This document shows positions 1 to 15,710 of a stretch of 64,000 nt of DNA, one piece after another. Position 1 is the first letter of the stretch; each line of letters begins with the position of its first letter. The notes below the pieces were generated by a model that saw nothing but the letters and a program-made list of their open reading frames with translations, did not search any database and was not told where the DNA came from. The translations under genes and the position numbers were made by a program. Origin of the DNA: Eledone cirrhosa (Eukaryota); the NCBI GenBank assembly GCA_964016885.1, contig OZ024743.1:309628001-309692000 (forward strand). The letters run 5' to 3'.

Positions 1-1428
<1,428 letters not shown>

Positions 1429-1429
1429 A

Positions 1430-3396
1430 ATATAAGATCAAAAGATGGTTAAAGGAGTTCCATGTATTTTATTATGCGCATTTCAAAAACAAACATCATC
1501 ATGCAATAATATTTGTGTTTTCATCAGATAAAACAGGAGAACATGATATGAAGGCTAAAAAACACTTGTGGATAGTGTAGTTTTAAATCAACATATGAAA
1601 AGTGGTTTTAGATTGATGTGTGATATTGGGAAAAATATTTTATTTAGAGAGGGGGGGGTGGAAAGGATGAAAAGGGAAGGAGATGAGAGGGAGAGATGGG
1701 TGATAGAGAGAAAGAGATAGTTTTTATAACTGAGAGGAGATATATTGTTTTACATAGAGAGGTTGAAAACCGTTGGAAGATAATGTATAAATTAAAAATT
1801 TTGAAAATTAACGAAGGGAGGATATGTGCGAGGAAAAAATATTTTATTTAGGGAGGGGGGGGGTGGAAAGGATGAAAAAAAGTGGGAGGAGATGAGAGTG
1901 AAGGTGGAGAGGGAGAGATGGGTGATAGAGAGAAAGAGATAGTTTTTATAACTGAGAAAAAGATATATTGTTTTAACATAGAGAGGTTGGGAACCGTTGG
2001 AAGATAATGTATAAATTAAAGGAATTTGAAAATTAACGAAGGGAATTTATGTATGAAGATAGAGAGAAAAAAATAATAATTGTGGATGAATATTCTAACG
2101 TCAAAAAAGAAATGTATGTATTGTGGCAATTTCAAAATTAACGAAGAGAAAAATTATTAAGGTTTGTGTGTAGAAGGATTTGAGAGAAATAATGTGAAGT
2201 TAAATTTTGTATATTGAAGGAATTGATATTATATGCGAATAAAGAGTTAATATGTATTAATAATGAGTTCGTTGATGGGGAGAAAAAAAATAATAAATTA
2301 AGGATGAAATTGAGATTAAAAAGATTTATGACAGAGAGAAAAAATAATAATGATTGCGGATGAATATTCTAACGTCAAAAACAACAAATGTATATGTTAT
2401 GATTTTACAAGGTGAAGATAGAATGAGGGTAATGAGTAAACAAGTATTATAGAGTGTATAATGCCCTTTAAAGTAAGGTAGATGGGTATATTTTAAAGAG
2501 GTGTATGTATATGTGCCTTTGAGAAAAGATTCTAAATTGATAAAGAATTGAATATTAACTGTATACTTTGTGAAAAGTTCTATGGAATTTATGCAGGCAG
2601 ATAGAAAACAAATCTGTGCGTCTATTTATTATAGAATCTAGGTTAGAGATAATGGTAAATTTTTCATTTAGGCAGAGATTACAGATTTTAGATAGAGAGC
2701 TGTTCACGTATGAGGATGCAGAAGAAATCTTCTTCCAAAAGATGGTATATTTAATGTTTTTGTCTTTTAAGGACCATATGAGTTCTGAGAGAGCAGTGTT
2801 GGTTCTTTTAAGTTTGTATTTGAAAGATGAATGATGATTATAGAGACGAGCTTTAAAAGAGTGGAAGTGGAGCCAAAATAGGTGAAGGAATTGGTGCTAG
2901 TTATAATTTTACATTCATAAATTAAGTTTTTATCGAGACAATGGTTGTTGAGAGGACATTTATTTTTAATGCGGCAGTTGCAATTAGAGAGATTATTAAT
3001 GAGTGATCTAGTGTTATCTATAGAAGGAATTGGATTGGAGAAGTTGTTTGCGATAGGAATAATAGGAATAATAGTTTCTTGATTTAGAGTTGGATTATGA
3101 ACATTTAGCGAAGTTGTGTTTGACGTTGTATTTGGGTTTACAGAAGTTAGCCTAGGGTTTACAATGACGTCGGGAGTACTATTACTGTTATTATGAAATT
3201 CAATATTGGAAGGAAGAGATTTAGTATTTAGTATTTTATTGTTGTGTTTAGAGATGATGTTGGAAATATTGGAGGATGTAGAATACGAAAATTTGATGGT
3301 GTGTTTGTTAAATATTTTACTATAGATATGTGAGGGAGGGAAGCATTTATTTAAGGCACTAAAAAATAATTTAGGAATATTGTTATTAATAGAGAT

Positions 3397-3398
<2 letters not shown>
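1430..3398 (-). mobile_element. 5'-truncated Penelope-like element (Hydra-type GIY-YIG end, long 3' UTR, terminal hammerhead)
   Basis: Minus strand encodes [23 protein letters not shown]...[29 protein letters not shown], then after a frameshift [40 protein letters not shown]. Flanked by (TA)n on both sides; the UTR has internal duplications (about 1630-1830 vs 1836-2050). Confidence 0.85.
1464..1535 (-). ncRNA. Type I hammerhead ribozyme with extended stem II
   Basis: Minus: tgttttat-CTGATGA-aaacacaaatattatt gcat gatgatgtttgttttt-GAAA-tgcgca-TA-ataaaata. Stem I, a long stem II and a palindromic minimal stem III all pair. Confidence 0.85.
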
Positions 3399-3437
<39 letters not shown>

Positions 3438-3462
3438 TATATATATATACAGATATATATAT

Positions 3463-3493
<31 letters not shown>

Positions 3494-3502
3494 CAGATAT
3501 AT

Positions 3503-3541
<39 letters not shown>

Positions 3542-3542
3542 C

Positions 3543-3574
<32 letters not shown>

Positions 3575-3576
<2 letters not shown>

Positions 3577-3763
3577 CGAAGGAAATGTGGTAAGGAACCA
3601 GGTGGACCATAACGCACCAAAGTACTCAATACTTGAGGTAGTAGAGTGGGTAATAGGAACCAGTAAGACCCCGACAGCTGAGCTCAAGCCGTTTCGACGG
3701 CTAATTCTGTCCAGAATTAGCCGTCGAAACGGCTTGAGCTCAGCTGTCGGGGTCTTACTGGTT

Positions 3764-3767
<4 letters not shown>
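3575..3767 (-). mobile_element. Family A fold-back element (HHR 3' half, tail, inverted arm) in (TA)n
   Basis: Palindrome 3654-3767 centred near 3710; contains GAAA-cggc..gctg-TC-gggg. Same family at 19373, 34030, 40323 and 48630. Confidence 0.8.
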
Positions 3768-3817
<50 letters not shown>

Positions 3818-3832
3818 TAAATATATATATAC

Positions 3833-3871
<39 letters not shown>

Positions 3872-3877
<6 letters not shown>

Positions 3878-4165
3878 TTGGAGCTCTGAAATAGCAATAT
3901 ATATATGGTTGTATATATATAATGTATTTTGCAATACACTTTATGCTTAATTAAAAGCATTTTGAAGACCGTAAGCTATTGTTTTAAAGTAGTGACAAAT
4001 TCACTCACTTTGATCTCAGCAAACAGGGGAGATAAGCCGACATGATATGTTTCGCTGAGATCAAAGAGAGTGAATTTGTCACTACTTTAAAACAATAGCT
4101 TACGGTCTTCAATATGCTTTTAATTAAGCATAAAGTGTATTGCAAAATACATTATATATACATAT
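3872..4165 (-). mobile_element. Family B fold-back element (HHR 3' half) in (TA)n
   Basis: Inverted arms about 3912-4020 and 4054-4165. The spacer reads GAAA-catatcatg-TC-ggcttatctcccc on minus. Homologous to 31000-31410. Confidence 0.75.
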
Positions 4166-4181
4166 ATATATATATATATAC

Positions 4182-4274
<93 letters not shown>

Positions 4275-4289
4275 CATATATATATATAC

Positions 4290-4401
<112 letters not shown>

Positions 4402-4428
4402 TATATATATATTATAATATATATATAC

Positions 4429-4488
<60 letters not shown>

Positions 4489-4506
4489 ATATATATATAT
4501 ATATAC

Positions 4507-4564
<58 letters not shown>

Positions 4565-4565
<1 letters not shown>

Positions 4566-4830
4566 AATGAAGTAATTCCATCGGAAAAGTCTAGGAAAAA
4601 AGAGTGCTCTATGTATGCAACAGAGCTTAATTATTATTATTATGTAATAAACAACATAAGGCAATTATTCCATTTACCAGTGGTTTCTTAAAAGCAAAAG
4701 GTTTTGCTTTCAATCCTCAGAATGAAAAATCCTGGTTTGTTTATTGAATATGGATTCTAAAAACAAAAATGCAATCTATATGAAAGTGAGGCTGGAAAAG
4801 GGAGAAGGAAAGGAAAAATAAAATAAAACT
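4565..4830 (-). mobile_element. Family D HHR-bearing element 3' end
   Basis: Homologous (inverted) to 54815-55020 and related to 16830-17000. Confidence 0.7.
4668..4727 (-). ncRNA. Hammerhead ribozyme (family D)
   Basis: Minus: ttcatt-CTGAGGA-ttgaaagcaaa acct tttgcttttaa-GAAA-ccactgg-TA-aatgga. Confidence 0.8.
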
Positions 4831-5013
4831 ACACATGCAAACACACACAAAAAAACACAAAAGCATACTTACACACACATACATATATACATATATATAA
4901 AACTGTACGCATACACATATACATATACACATATATATATATATATAAAAAGCGTACACCTACACACACATACACATATATACACACATATACACATACA
5001 TACATTCATACAT

Positions 5014-5046
<33 letters not shown>

Positions 5047-5490
5047 CACACACACACACATACACACACACATATATATACATGTACACATATATATATA
5101 TACACATACACACACACACACACACATATGTGTGTGTACAAGCATACACATACACACACACATATATATACACATACATACATTCACACAAGCATACAAC
5201 GTACATACATACACATACATAAATGCACTCCACTACATATTCACACACGCAAATAAATATAAGAAAAAAATATATAAATATATATTAACAAATTTTTGAC
5301 AGCGATACATGCCCCAGCTAACAGGACAGACACGCGTGGTAAGTAATACACACAAAAGCACATATACATACGTACGACATAGTAAACACATACACACACT
5401 CCACACATAAATATACATATACAAATATATAAACACGTACATACACATACATACACAAACACGTACACGTATATAATATAAACACACACA

Positions 5491-5690
5491 NNNNNNNNNN
5501 NNNNNNNNNNNNNNNNNNNNNNNNNNNNNNNNNNNNNNNNNNNNNNNNNNNNNNNNNNNNNNNNNNNNNNNNNNNNNNNNNNNNNNNNNNNNNNNNNNNN
5601 NNNNNNNNNNNNNNNNNNNNNNNNNNNNNNNNNNNNNNNNNNNNNNNNNNNNNNNNNNNNNNNNNNNNNNNNNNNNNNNNNNNNNNNNNN
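5491..5690. other. Assembly gap (200 N)
   Basis: Run of n. Confidence 1.
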
Positions 5691-5711
5691 GTAATACTAT
5701 ATGTATAACAT

Positions 5712-5995
5712 ACGTATGTATATATATGTATACATATGTATGTATATATATGTATACATATGTATGTATATATATGTATACATATGTATGTATATATATG
5801 TATACATATGTATGTATATGTATGTATATATATGTATACATATGTATGTATATATATGTATACATATGTTATGTATATGTATGTATATATATGTATACAT
5901 ATGTATGTATATATATGTATACATATGTATGTATATATATGTATACATATGTATGTATATATATGTATACATATGTATGTATATATATGTATATG
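5712..5995. repeat. 24-bp minisatellite derived from TA/TG repeats
   Basis: Unit gtatatatatgtatacatatgtat repeated about 10 times. Confidence 0.85.
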
Positions 5996-7099
5996 TATAT
6001 ATATGTATATATGTATATATATATGTATATATATATATGTATATATGTAGGTATATATATATGCAATAATAATAAATTTGAAGACTAAAATCCAAAGAGG
6101 GCTCTATAAGGTAAATATATATAAAATATATAAGAAGCGTTCAGCAAATATTTATTAAAATAACAGATTAAAGTTTAAGCAAAGAATCGCTGCTTTCACC
6201 CTTAACCGTATCTTCTGAAACTAAAAAAATCAATCTGTGAACGCAGAAGTAAATTTTTGAAAACGTTGCAACCGAAGGAAGACAGAAAGAAGATACTTCG
6301 GTTCGTGGAGACGTTCCCTAGCAAAGAACGAAAAAACAACGAAGATAATACATTATTATTTGGAGCGGTGGGAACCATTACACGCAAAGACAAAACCACG
6401 TTCATGGTATAACTGAAGTCGTAGACTAAAATTCTATTCAGGAAACCGAATGATTCTCAGCTACAGAGTTGAGAATGATGTAGTAAATTATAGAGGTTAT
6501 TGAAATCAACAATAATTAAATATATACATGCACGCATCCGCATACGTACATACACATCCATACGCGAAAACACCCATGGGTATGCAAATACAGGCACTTG
6601 CACATAAACACGCGCAGACATACAAAACCCCATGCAACGCCTGTACCCGCACACATACGAACGTATACACCAAATACACATAAAAGGTATATAAAAAATA
6701 TATATACAGTATATATATAATTATATAAACGTATATAAATATACACACATAAATAGGCATATAACGCGCGCGCACACACACATACCTACATGTAAATACA
6801 CATATGTTCGCTAAACAAAACACAAAGTACACATATACAGATACCCTACATACGTGCAAAGCCGCATACACACACAATCGCAAAACTCACGTATACATAT
6901 AACCATATACACATGTACCAGCATATATAAAATAAGCAAATATACGTACGAGAAAGTATACGTACCTTCACAAAACATACAGGTAATATATACATACATA
7001 TACAAATAAGTAATGGTATAAGCATAACATATACTTAGCTACCATATTAAGACGTAAATTATCAGCGTATAGTTCGTACTATCCGTTAGGGTATAATGT

Positions 7100-7560
7100 G
7101 GGGCTGTAATGCAGGAAACTTTGTGCAATTTATGTTTACAAGACGAAATTGCCTCAGATCATTTGTTTAAGATGTGGTCTGTGGTTTAGAATATGTCCAG
7201 GGCATAAGCGGCGCAGAGGTTACATGGTCTCTTATTTCCGTTATATAATCTAACCTTACCTAGGATCTTCCAATGTAACCTATATTTGGTGTGGTTGTCT
7301 TTTAGATTCCAGATATAAGCTGAAAGTGACGTCATATTCCTTCTTAAAGGGTTAATAAAATAATGGGTATGCATGTAAAGACGCTGCTTGAATCTATTGG
7401 CGGTTAACCATATGTAGAACCTACAGGACATGGGTGTTTCAACCTTACATTTGTAGACAATGTTACTAGAGAGGGATTTCCCGGATATGAGGCAGTCAAC
7501 CCGATTCTATAATTACAGTTAGTACTAGCTACAGGGTTGCACATGTTCCTACAGCTAGGT
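7100..7560 (-). pseudogene. Degenerate Hydra-type PLE GIY-YIG endonuclease fragment
   Basis: ORF 7186-7431: [17 protein letters not shown]...TSLSAYIWNLKD...WKILGK...CNLC. Confidence 0.75.
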
Positions 7561-7632
7561 AATTTAGCTAAATTTGAAGCAGTGATGTGATATACATATA
7601 TATATGAATATATATAGATGTATATATATATG

Positions 7633-7732
<100 letters not shown>

Positions 7733-7898
7733 TGTATATGTATATATATATATGTGTGTATATATATGTATATGTATATATATATATGTGTGAATATATA
7801 TATATATGTATATGTATATGTATATATATATATATGTAATATATATATATGTGTATATATAGGTATATATATATATAGGTATATATATATATATAGAC

Positions 7899-8000
<102 letters not shown>

Positions 8001-8002
8001 TT

Positions 8003-8054
<52 letters not shown>

Positions 8055-8056
8055 TT

Positions 8057-8096
<40 letters not shown>

Positions 8097-8316
8097 GTAT
8101 ATATATATATATATATACATATGTATATATATATATATATGTGTGTATATATATATTTGTATATATATATATATATATACATATGTATATATATATATAT
8201 GTGTGTATATATATATTTGTATATATATACATATGTATATATATATATGCATATATATATATGCATATATATACGTATATATATATATGTATGTATATAT
8301 GTATACGTATATACAT

Positions 8317-8347
<31 letters not shown>

Positions 8348-8464
8348 TATATATATATCTATATCTATATATGCATATATGTATATATATGTATGTATAT
8401 ATATATGTTTATGTATATGTATATATATATATGTATGTACATATGTATGTATATATATATGTAT

Positions 8465-8497
<33 letters not shown>

Positions 8498-8597
8498 CAT
8501 ATGTATGTACATATATATGCATACATATGTATATATATATATATATGTATGTATACATATGCATCTATATACATGTATATATATATGTATATATATA

Positions 8598-8910
8598 TCT
8601 AGAATAGAAAACGAAAAATCAGTGATACATCTGAACTCAATGTATTGTCTCTTACAATTGTTTCGCCGGCGGACAGCTGGAGACGCGATCATTGTGTGGA
8701 TCTGTTTGATTCAGACAGATCCACACAATAATCGGTGATCGCGTCTCGAGCTATCCGCCAGCGAAACAATTGTAAAAGACAATACATTGAGTTCAGATGT
8801 ATCACTGATATTTCGTCTTCTATTATACTCTGCTCTGTAAGAGCATAGAGTGCTCAACCGACATACCAACATACCACCTTTGTATGCATCTTAGCTACCA
8901 TCAGACACAC
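8598..8910 (+). mobile_element. Fold-back element with HHR 3' half and long imperfect hairpin
   Basis: Palindrome about 8600-8825 centred near 8710. The right arm has gc-GAAA-caattg-TA-aaagaca. Flanked by (TA)n. Confidence 0.75.
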
Positions 8911-9148
<238 letters not shown>

Positions 9149-9369
9149 ATATATTTATATATATATGTGTATTCATTTGTTAAGCAAAACAAGACCACAA
9201 GTTTCACAAGGAAGACATTATTTAAAGATTGTCAACATACTTGTCGTTTAATGTAAGGAATGTAAAGAATAATAATAATAATACTAATAATGTTCGTTTA
9301 CAATTGTTTCGCTACTCCTTATAATGTTTCTGGCTCACATGATTATAGATCATTATTGATCTGGTTCAG

Positions 9370-9752
9370 GGCGGTGGATTGGCAGTATCAGTAGAGGGTC
9401 GGACGCCATGCTTTCCAGCATAGTGACGTCCCTTTACGATCTGAGTTCAAATCCCGCCGAGGTTGACTTTGCCCTTCATCCTTACGGGGTCGATAAAATA
9501 AAGTACCAGTAATGCACTGGGTAATTGCTGGCCTTGTGCCTAATGTAGAAACAATTATTGAGGGTGGTGAATTGGCAGTAACGGTAGAGGGCTGGATGCC
9601 ATGCTTTCTAGCATAGTTATATCCCTTTAGAGTCTGAGTTCAAATCCCGCCGAGGTTAACTTTGCCTTTCATCCTTACGGGGTCGATAAAATAAAGTACC
9701 AGTAATGTACTGGGTAATTGCTGCCCTTGTGCCTAAAGTAGAGACAATTATT
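9370..9752 (+). mobile_element. Tandem dimer of tRNA-derived SINE with 18-bp TSD
   Basis: Two about 190-bp units (ggcggtggattggcag...gagttcaaatcccgcc...aaagtaccagt...acaattatt). TSD attattgatctggttcag at 9352-9369 and 9747-9764. Confidence 0.9.
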
Positions 9753-9789
9753 GATCTGGTTCAGATTAAGATAATTATTTTACTCGAAA

Positions 9790-10460
9790 TTAGATAATCA
9801 AAATATTGATAAGGAATATAAATTAAGGTAAAGAAAGATGTTTACATGAATGTAATGTTCCATATATTGGTATTTCCCTATGGCGTCCTGGGCCTATCTA
9901 TTGCCTGCCATAGCTGAGCAATATTCTTCTGTTGAGGCTGCATTATGCGATATCTGCCTATGGGTAACAAGATGGCCGCCTAAGGATATATTTGCCTTAC
10001 TAATTAGATGCTGGTTGCAGGGGAAGTAACTCATCGAGAAATTAGAAATTGTGGGTGGTTTATAGTTAAGAAGTGCTAATGAGTTTAAGTGAGAGACAAT
10101 GTAAGGGAGGTAAATTATAATTACCTAAGTTAGCTATAACTATTTAACATGTTAGCTAAAAGTAAGAGTGGGATTAGATGATTATGTTGGGTCAAATATT
10201 CTGTTGGCGAAGGAATTTGCTCTTCGATGTTGACAGCTAATAGTTACCTCCGTTCTATCATTAATCGGTAGAGGTTGTGATAGAGTTATGTAATAGGTTT
10301 CGGTAAGACAGAGATGACAAGAGTTTCTTCGTCCATTGAAGGGTTGGGCTCTAGCCATGATATCCCATGTTAGTGAGTGTTCAATGTTGGTTAATTTAAG
10401 GTTTTTAATGAGCCTAGCTAGAGATGTTGAACATCTGTTGCTAGGGTCTCGGAAGGAAAA
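9790..10460 (-). pseudogene. Hydra-type PLE endonuclease C-terminus plus 3' UTR remnant
   Basis: Minus translation SLARLIKNLK...LTWDIMARAQPFNGRRNSCHLCLTE...INDRTEVTISCQHRR. Confidence 0.75.
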
Positions 10461-10461
10461 A

Positions 10462-11285
10462 GTATAGAGATATCGTATTTCTAAAGAAATATGGATTTAG
10501 TGAGCCGTAGCTTTTTAAACACCGGGGCTTACGCCCTCTCGTGGTGTCCAGCAGAAGCAAGGGTGACAACCGCCTATACATTTAAGGCTTGACTGGCCTT
10601 CCTCAAGACGATTCCTCCCACCGCTTGCAAGTGCTGGACTTGAAAACAGTCGAGAATATATAGTTTTCAAGTCTGTGTAAATGAGGTGATTAATCTCATT
10701 TGCATATGAAGCTGCATAAGTTCGCTCAACTTATAATAGAATAGAAATAGGATTTCGCTTCAAGCATAGCTTTATAGAAATATGTATAGAGATTTCGTAT
10801 TTCTAAAGGAAAATAGTTCTTGGAAGCCGTTACTATGCAAACACCGGGGCTAACGCCCTCTGATGGTGTTCAGCAGAAGTAAGGGGGACAACCGTCTATG
10901 CATTTGAGGCTGGGCCTGAAATGCATAGACGGTTGATTGCAGAGAAATACGAAATTCTATACATATTTGTATAACGCTACGCTTGAAACGAAATCCTATT
11001 TCTATTCTATTATGAGTTGAGCCAACTTATTCAGCTTCATAAGCAAATGAGATTAATCACCTCATTTACACAGACGACAAAAGGATATATTCTCGCCTGT
11101 CTTCTAGTCCAGCAATCGCAAGCGGTGGGAGGGACCGTCCTGAAGAAGGCCAGTCAAGACTGAAATGCATAGACGGTTGTCCTCCTTGCTTCTGCCGGAG
11201 ACCACCAGAAGGCGTTAGGCCCGGTTTTTTGCATATCTAGGGCATCCTAAAACCGTGTTTCTTTAGAAATACAAAATGTCTATAC
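10462..11285. mobile_element. Retrozyme-like about 322-bp tandem unit: 1.4 copies on minus plus an inverted copy on plus
   Basis: gtatagagat.. repeats at 10462 and 10784; inversion centred at 10912; each unit carries an HHR; no ORF. Confidence 0.8.
11134..11177 (+). ncRNA. Minimal type I hammerhead ribozyme
   Basis: accgtc-CTGAAGA-aggccagtcaagact-GAAA-tgca-TA-gacggt. The sister copy near 10570-10612 on minus restores stem II aggc/gcct but has a mutated core. Confidence 0.85.
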
Positions 11286-11379
11286 ACACATATATATATA
11301 GATATATATATGTATGTATCTACAAGCATTGAGTTATTAACTTCGTTGATATTTAATCCACTGAGTCATGTTCATAACA

Positions 11380-12990
11380 GATACGAAACACTCGACTATT
11401 ACAATTTATATGGAGTATTATGATAATAATAGTAATAAACTAAACTTATAACTCTATAATTCAATTCAAATGGATATAACAAATTACTATTCTTCTACCC
11501 CGCCAAATTTACTTAACAAGGCCTTATACTATGCAGCAAAACACACTGATCTATCAAGCGATGAAATAAACATTATCCTGATTGCGAGGTAAACCCTGAT
11601 TGACTTTAATGGTGATCTTTTGCCCAGAGCTGATAGACCTGGAAATTTTGATATTACCATGGGGTCGTCTGATTGAGATCAACTTACAGACCTCCTTGGT
11701 ATTTTCATCCTCAACACTATCCATAGAAAACTGCCGGAAATTGCCGGAGGTTTATATCGTGACGATGCACTTTTTATAGTAAATAACCATAGTAATAGTG
11801 CCCTTAATAAAAAGAAAATTATATTTGACTTCTTTAATAATTATGACCTTAAACTAGAAATAGAAAACAATAATAAAATAGTCAACTTCCTTAAATCTTA
11901 AATCTGGCATATACTACGAATTCCATAAGTTAAACGAAAACCTCAATTATGTTAGTTTCTTTTCCAACCACCCTAAAACGTTAAGCTATAGTTAAATTGT
12001 TTAGCTTAGAATCACTAGAATCTCTGCCAATAAAGATATATTTGACAATAAGGCCGAATATTATAACGAGGCGCTATCCAGGGCAGGTTACTCTAATAAA
12101 ATTAAATACATGGATAAATACATCTGATAAAGAAAGCCATTCCTCTAATATTAATAACAGAAACTCCAAAACGAGAATAAATCATCCTTATAATAAACAT
12201 AATTAAGATATTAATAAAAATAATAAATCGAATAGAAAATCCCGATCTCGTTTTATTTTATGGTTTCTCCACCACTATCTTTAGGAATTAAAACTAGGTT
12301 AGGTCAAAAGTGTTTTCGGGTTCTCGAGAAATGTTTCCCTAGAACCCATGAATATTACCAGATTTTTAACAGACATACTATCAAACTATCACACACAACA
12401 CCTGTGAATATTGCCCAAAATATAGTAAAAATTAATAATAGGAATCTTACAACGAATCAAATAGAAATAAACCCCTACGTTAACAATAGAAATATTGATA
12501 ATAGCATAAGCAATAATAATTGCATACACCTTGATCGCAGAGTGACATCAAATAATAACATAAATAATTGTAAATGTGAAAACAGTCTATCTTGCCCGTT
12601 AAATAATAACTGCCTTGACCGCACTCTTGTGTATAAATGCATTGCTAAAACTAATGATAAGTCGTATAACTATATAGCGCTATTTCCTCTAAATTTAAGG
12701 AAAGATGGTACAACCATTCACATACATTTAAAAGAATGGATAAGAAATTCTCCACTTCTCTGTCTCAGTAAATATGGTCACTAATAAACAAAAACAGAGA
12801 TTACTCCTTATCTTGGCATAAGCTGGCTAATGCCCTACCGTATGTAATTCTTCTATTTCTAAAAATTGTAAACTGTGTACTACTGAAATTCTTCATATTA
12901 TTGGTAATAGAAAATCTATTATTAATAAGCGAACAGAATTTTTTAGCGGCTGTTTGCATAAAACTTCTAGATGTTTTCCCAGAATATTTA
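11380..12990 (+). pseudogene. Degenerate Hydra-type PLE RT-EN
   Basis: Motifs QMDITNYYSS, FDITMGSSD*, GLYRDDA, VNFL, SNHP, CFPRTHEYYQIFNRHTIKLS, CKC..CPLNNNCL, CKLC, LINKRTEF; many stops and frameshifts. Confidence 0.85.
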
Positions 12991-13379
12991 GCTAAAATGA
13001 TATATTTGTATGGTTATATTAATAGTTATGTATGTATATATATATATGCGTATGTATATATGTTTTTTTTAGATACATACATATCTATATAGTAACAACA
13101 TAATAAATGGCACTATATATATTTATTCCATGGCATCAGATATTCTATATATTATACTTATATTCTAGGCCCCAATAATAAATTCTTCTTCCCTGAACTA
13201 TTCATAAAACGCTATAATTATAATATAATTTTTATAACTTATATAAATAATCAAAGTTCACCCCCTTGTTTGTTTACTTACATTTAAATGCTTTTCTCAT
13301 TATATATCTAAAATATATATTTCTTTTTTTGTACCATTATAATATATATATCGATGTACGTATATATATATATATGTAT

Positions 13380-13460
13380 ATATTGTTATACTTTGGGAGG
13401 GTCATGTTGCCAATAAACAAATCAAATTCAGAAACGATATATATATATATAAATGTACGC

Positions 13461-13504
<44 letters not shown>

Positions 13505-13661
13505 ACCGTTGGTGAGTCTATGGTAAACATTGAGGACCGAATCAATTAACTGTGGAGATATAAAAGATACAGAAGTGGAAACCAAGAAAACCAACCAAAC
13601 AGTGAGTGTGTTCTGTTATTATTTCTGACAATATTATTACAACAATATGACCCTCCCCAAG

Positions 13662-13665
<4 letters not shown>
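13380..13665. mobile_element. Terminal fragments and inverted arm of Penelope family C
   Basis: ttgttatactttgggagggtcatgttgccaata matches the family C terminus; 13500-13665 is an inverted copy of 13705-13815. Confidence 0.65.
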
Positions 13666-13702
<37 letters not shown>

Positions 13703-13704
13703 AT

Positions 13705-15021
13705 ATATTGTTATACTTGGGGAGGGTCATATTGTTGTAATAATATTTTCAGAATAAATAACAGAACACACTCACTGTTTGGTTGGTTTACCATTGACTC
13801 ATCAACGGTCAAAAATAGAGATATAATATAGATATAAACACATATATATATAGTCTAACAAAGTTCTCTCGTTGCACATCTGCAACATCATCAGTGGTGC
13901 TATTATGTTCCTCATGTTGTACTATATATCTACGCCATCTGTATTTTATCTGTTTATTTATTTATTTTTGTCTTCTTCTCTGCGCATGCCTTTGCGTGTG
14001 TTTATAGTATTAGGTGTGTGTTCGCGTTTGGGTGACTGTGTTTGGTTTATTGTATTCTATCTTAGTTTACTAGTGTGTGTTTATATGTGTTTGTTGTTAT
14101 TGTGCTTGTGTATATATTGATTTATTTATTTATTTATATTTTTCTTAAGTCAGTATTGTTTGTTTTGGTGTTGTTATTCCATTCATTTATTTCTGTTTAG
14201 CTTTGGCCTTTTCAGCTCTATTTCGCTTGCCTATTTGCTGGGTCATTTCTATGTTTAGATATTATTTTAATTTCTATGTGGTCTATGTTACCGTCATGTT
14301 GTCTGGCGTGTTCGTATAATACTGAACCGTTTTTTCGTCCTTTTAGTTCCCCCCAGTGTTGGTCTATCCTTTCTCCTATGCTACGAGCTGTCTCGCTTAT
14401 GTATGTTGTTGTCATGTTTCTGCAAGTACCCTCTGTACATATTATGCTATAGACTACGTTTCTAGTTTTACAGTTTATCCGAGGGTTTACCTTACATATG
14501 ATAATTTCCTATTAGTAAAGTGGGTTTTCTTAAAAGGGTAGGTTTTGCTGATCAGGCATTTTATTGTAGTTTCTGGCTTTTCTATCACTCTTTAGGTGGG
14601 TCTTTCTCAGGGCCTTTCTACATTGGTTAGCTAATTTCCCTCCACGGGTATCGTCCACGAACATTACACTCTGGTATATCTGGTTGTCGTACCAGGAGGT
14701 GGCTTTCCCTATCTTATGTTTAGTCCTATCTAAGCTATTCCATGATTTGCTCCAGTATAATGGGCAAATTCCTTTCATGTCTAGTTCTATGAAGGTCTTA
14801 TACTTCTCCATGGCTCCTTCGTATACTCTGATTCCGTCTCTTTGGTTGTAGCCAGAGAACTGCATGTGGTTGATGAAGTGTTGGATGTGTCTTTCCATTT
14901 CTGTTGGGTCGCATATGCGGGAGACGTTCTTCATCAATCTTACCAAGTCTACGATCAGAATATTAAACTTAGCACTACTGGACATTGCTGAGTTTGTCAT
15001 CAAACATTTTAAACATCTCAT
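13705..15021 (-). mobile_element. 5'-truncated Penelope-like element, family C (Nematis-like GIY-YIG) with degenerate HHR at 13858-13897
   Basis: ORFs 14530-15021 and 14218-14415 ([22 protein letters not shown]) are homologous to 41404-42770. Minus: CTGATGA-tgttgcagatgtgcaac-GAGA-gaac-TT. Confidence 0.85.
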
Positions 15022-15025
15022 GTTT

Positions 15026-15101
15026 TATTTTATCTGAAGAAGGCATGCTATAATTTATGTCAAACATAAATTTTTGCACCCGAAATATATATAAAGAGAT
15101 A
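15026..15101 (+). ncRNA. Hammerhead ribozyme with extended stem II
   Basis: tattttat-CTGAAGA-aggcatgc..aatttatgt caa acataaatt..gcaccc-GAAA-tatata-TA-aagagata; stem I is imperfect. Confidence 0.6.
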
Positions 15102-15193
15102 AATAGGATGTTATAGAGTTATATCTTTTGTTTATTACTATTATTATATATATATATATATTATATATTTATTACTATTATTATATATATATA

Positions 15194-15271
<78 letters not shown>

Positions 15272-15607
15272 ATGTGTGTATATATAAGTATATATTTAGA
15301 AGAGAAAGGGTATGGTAAAATACCAGGTAGACCAGCATGTGTGCGCGCCTGACTGGCTTGGCACTTTCAGATCAATTAGTCTACGGACCCATTCCTCTTT
15401 CATTTTGGCCTTTCTAGCCCCCCGCCATCAAGTTTGTAATAGATAAAATACCCGACATTTAGCAGGACTATACCAACCATTTAATCTAAGGTAACCCCCC
15501 CCCCCCCACCCCCACCTAGACCACAGACCACTCCCGAGAAAAACAAAAAAAACAACAAACTTATGACTTTTTGTTGTTTTTGCTTAGATTGTATGCCCAT
15601 ATATGGA

Positions 15608-15710
15608 CTGTATCCCTTGATAAGTTCAGCTAGATTCTCGCCGTTCGAATACCTGCGATTTAGTTCGGCTCTAGCTGTCGGAACGGCCGGAGCTCAGCTG
15701 TCGGGGTCAT
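15608..15710 (+). ncRNA. Degenerate full-length HHR related to family A
   Basis: atccc-TTGATAA-gttcagctaga...tctagctgtc-GGAA-cggc..gctg-TC-ggggt. The core is mutated but all three stems are recognisable. Confidence 0.55.

Noticed and set aside
3399-3960. N-terminal part of the 397-aa ORF 2767-3960
   Set aside because: Chance read-through across (TA)n and two fold-back elements; only the part below about 3398 is PLE protein.
9370-9460. tRNA genes from A/B-box-like motifs (also at about 61050-61120)
   Set aside because: They are SINE heads, not complete cloverleafs.
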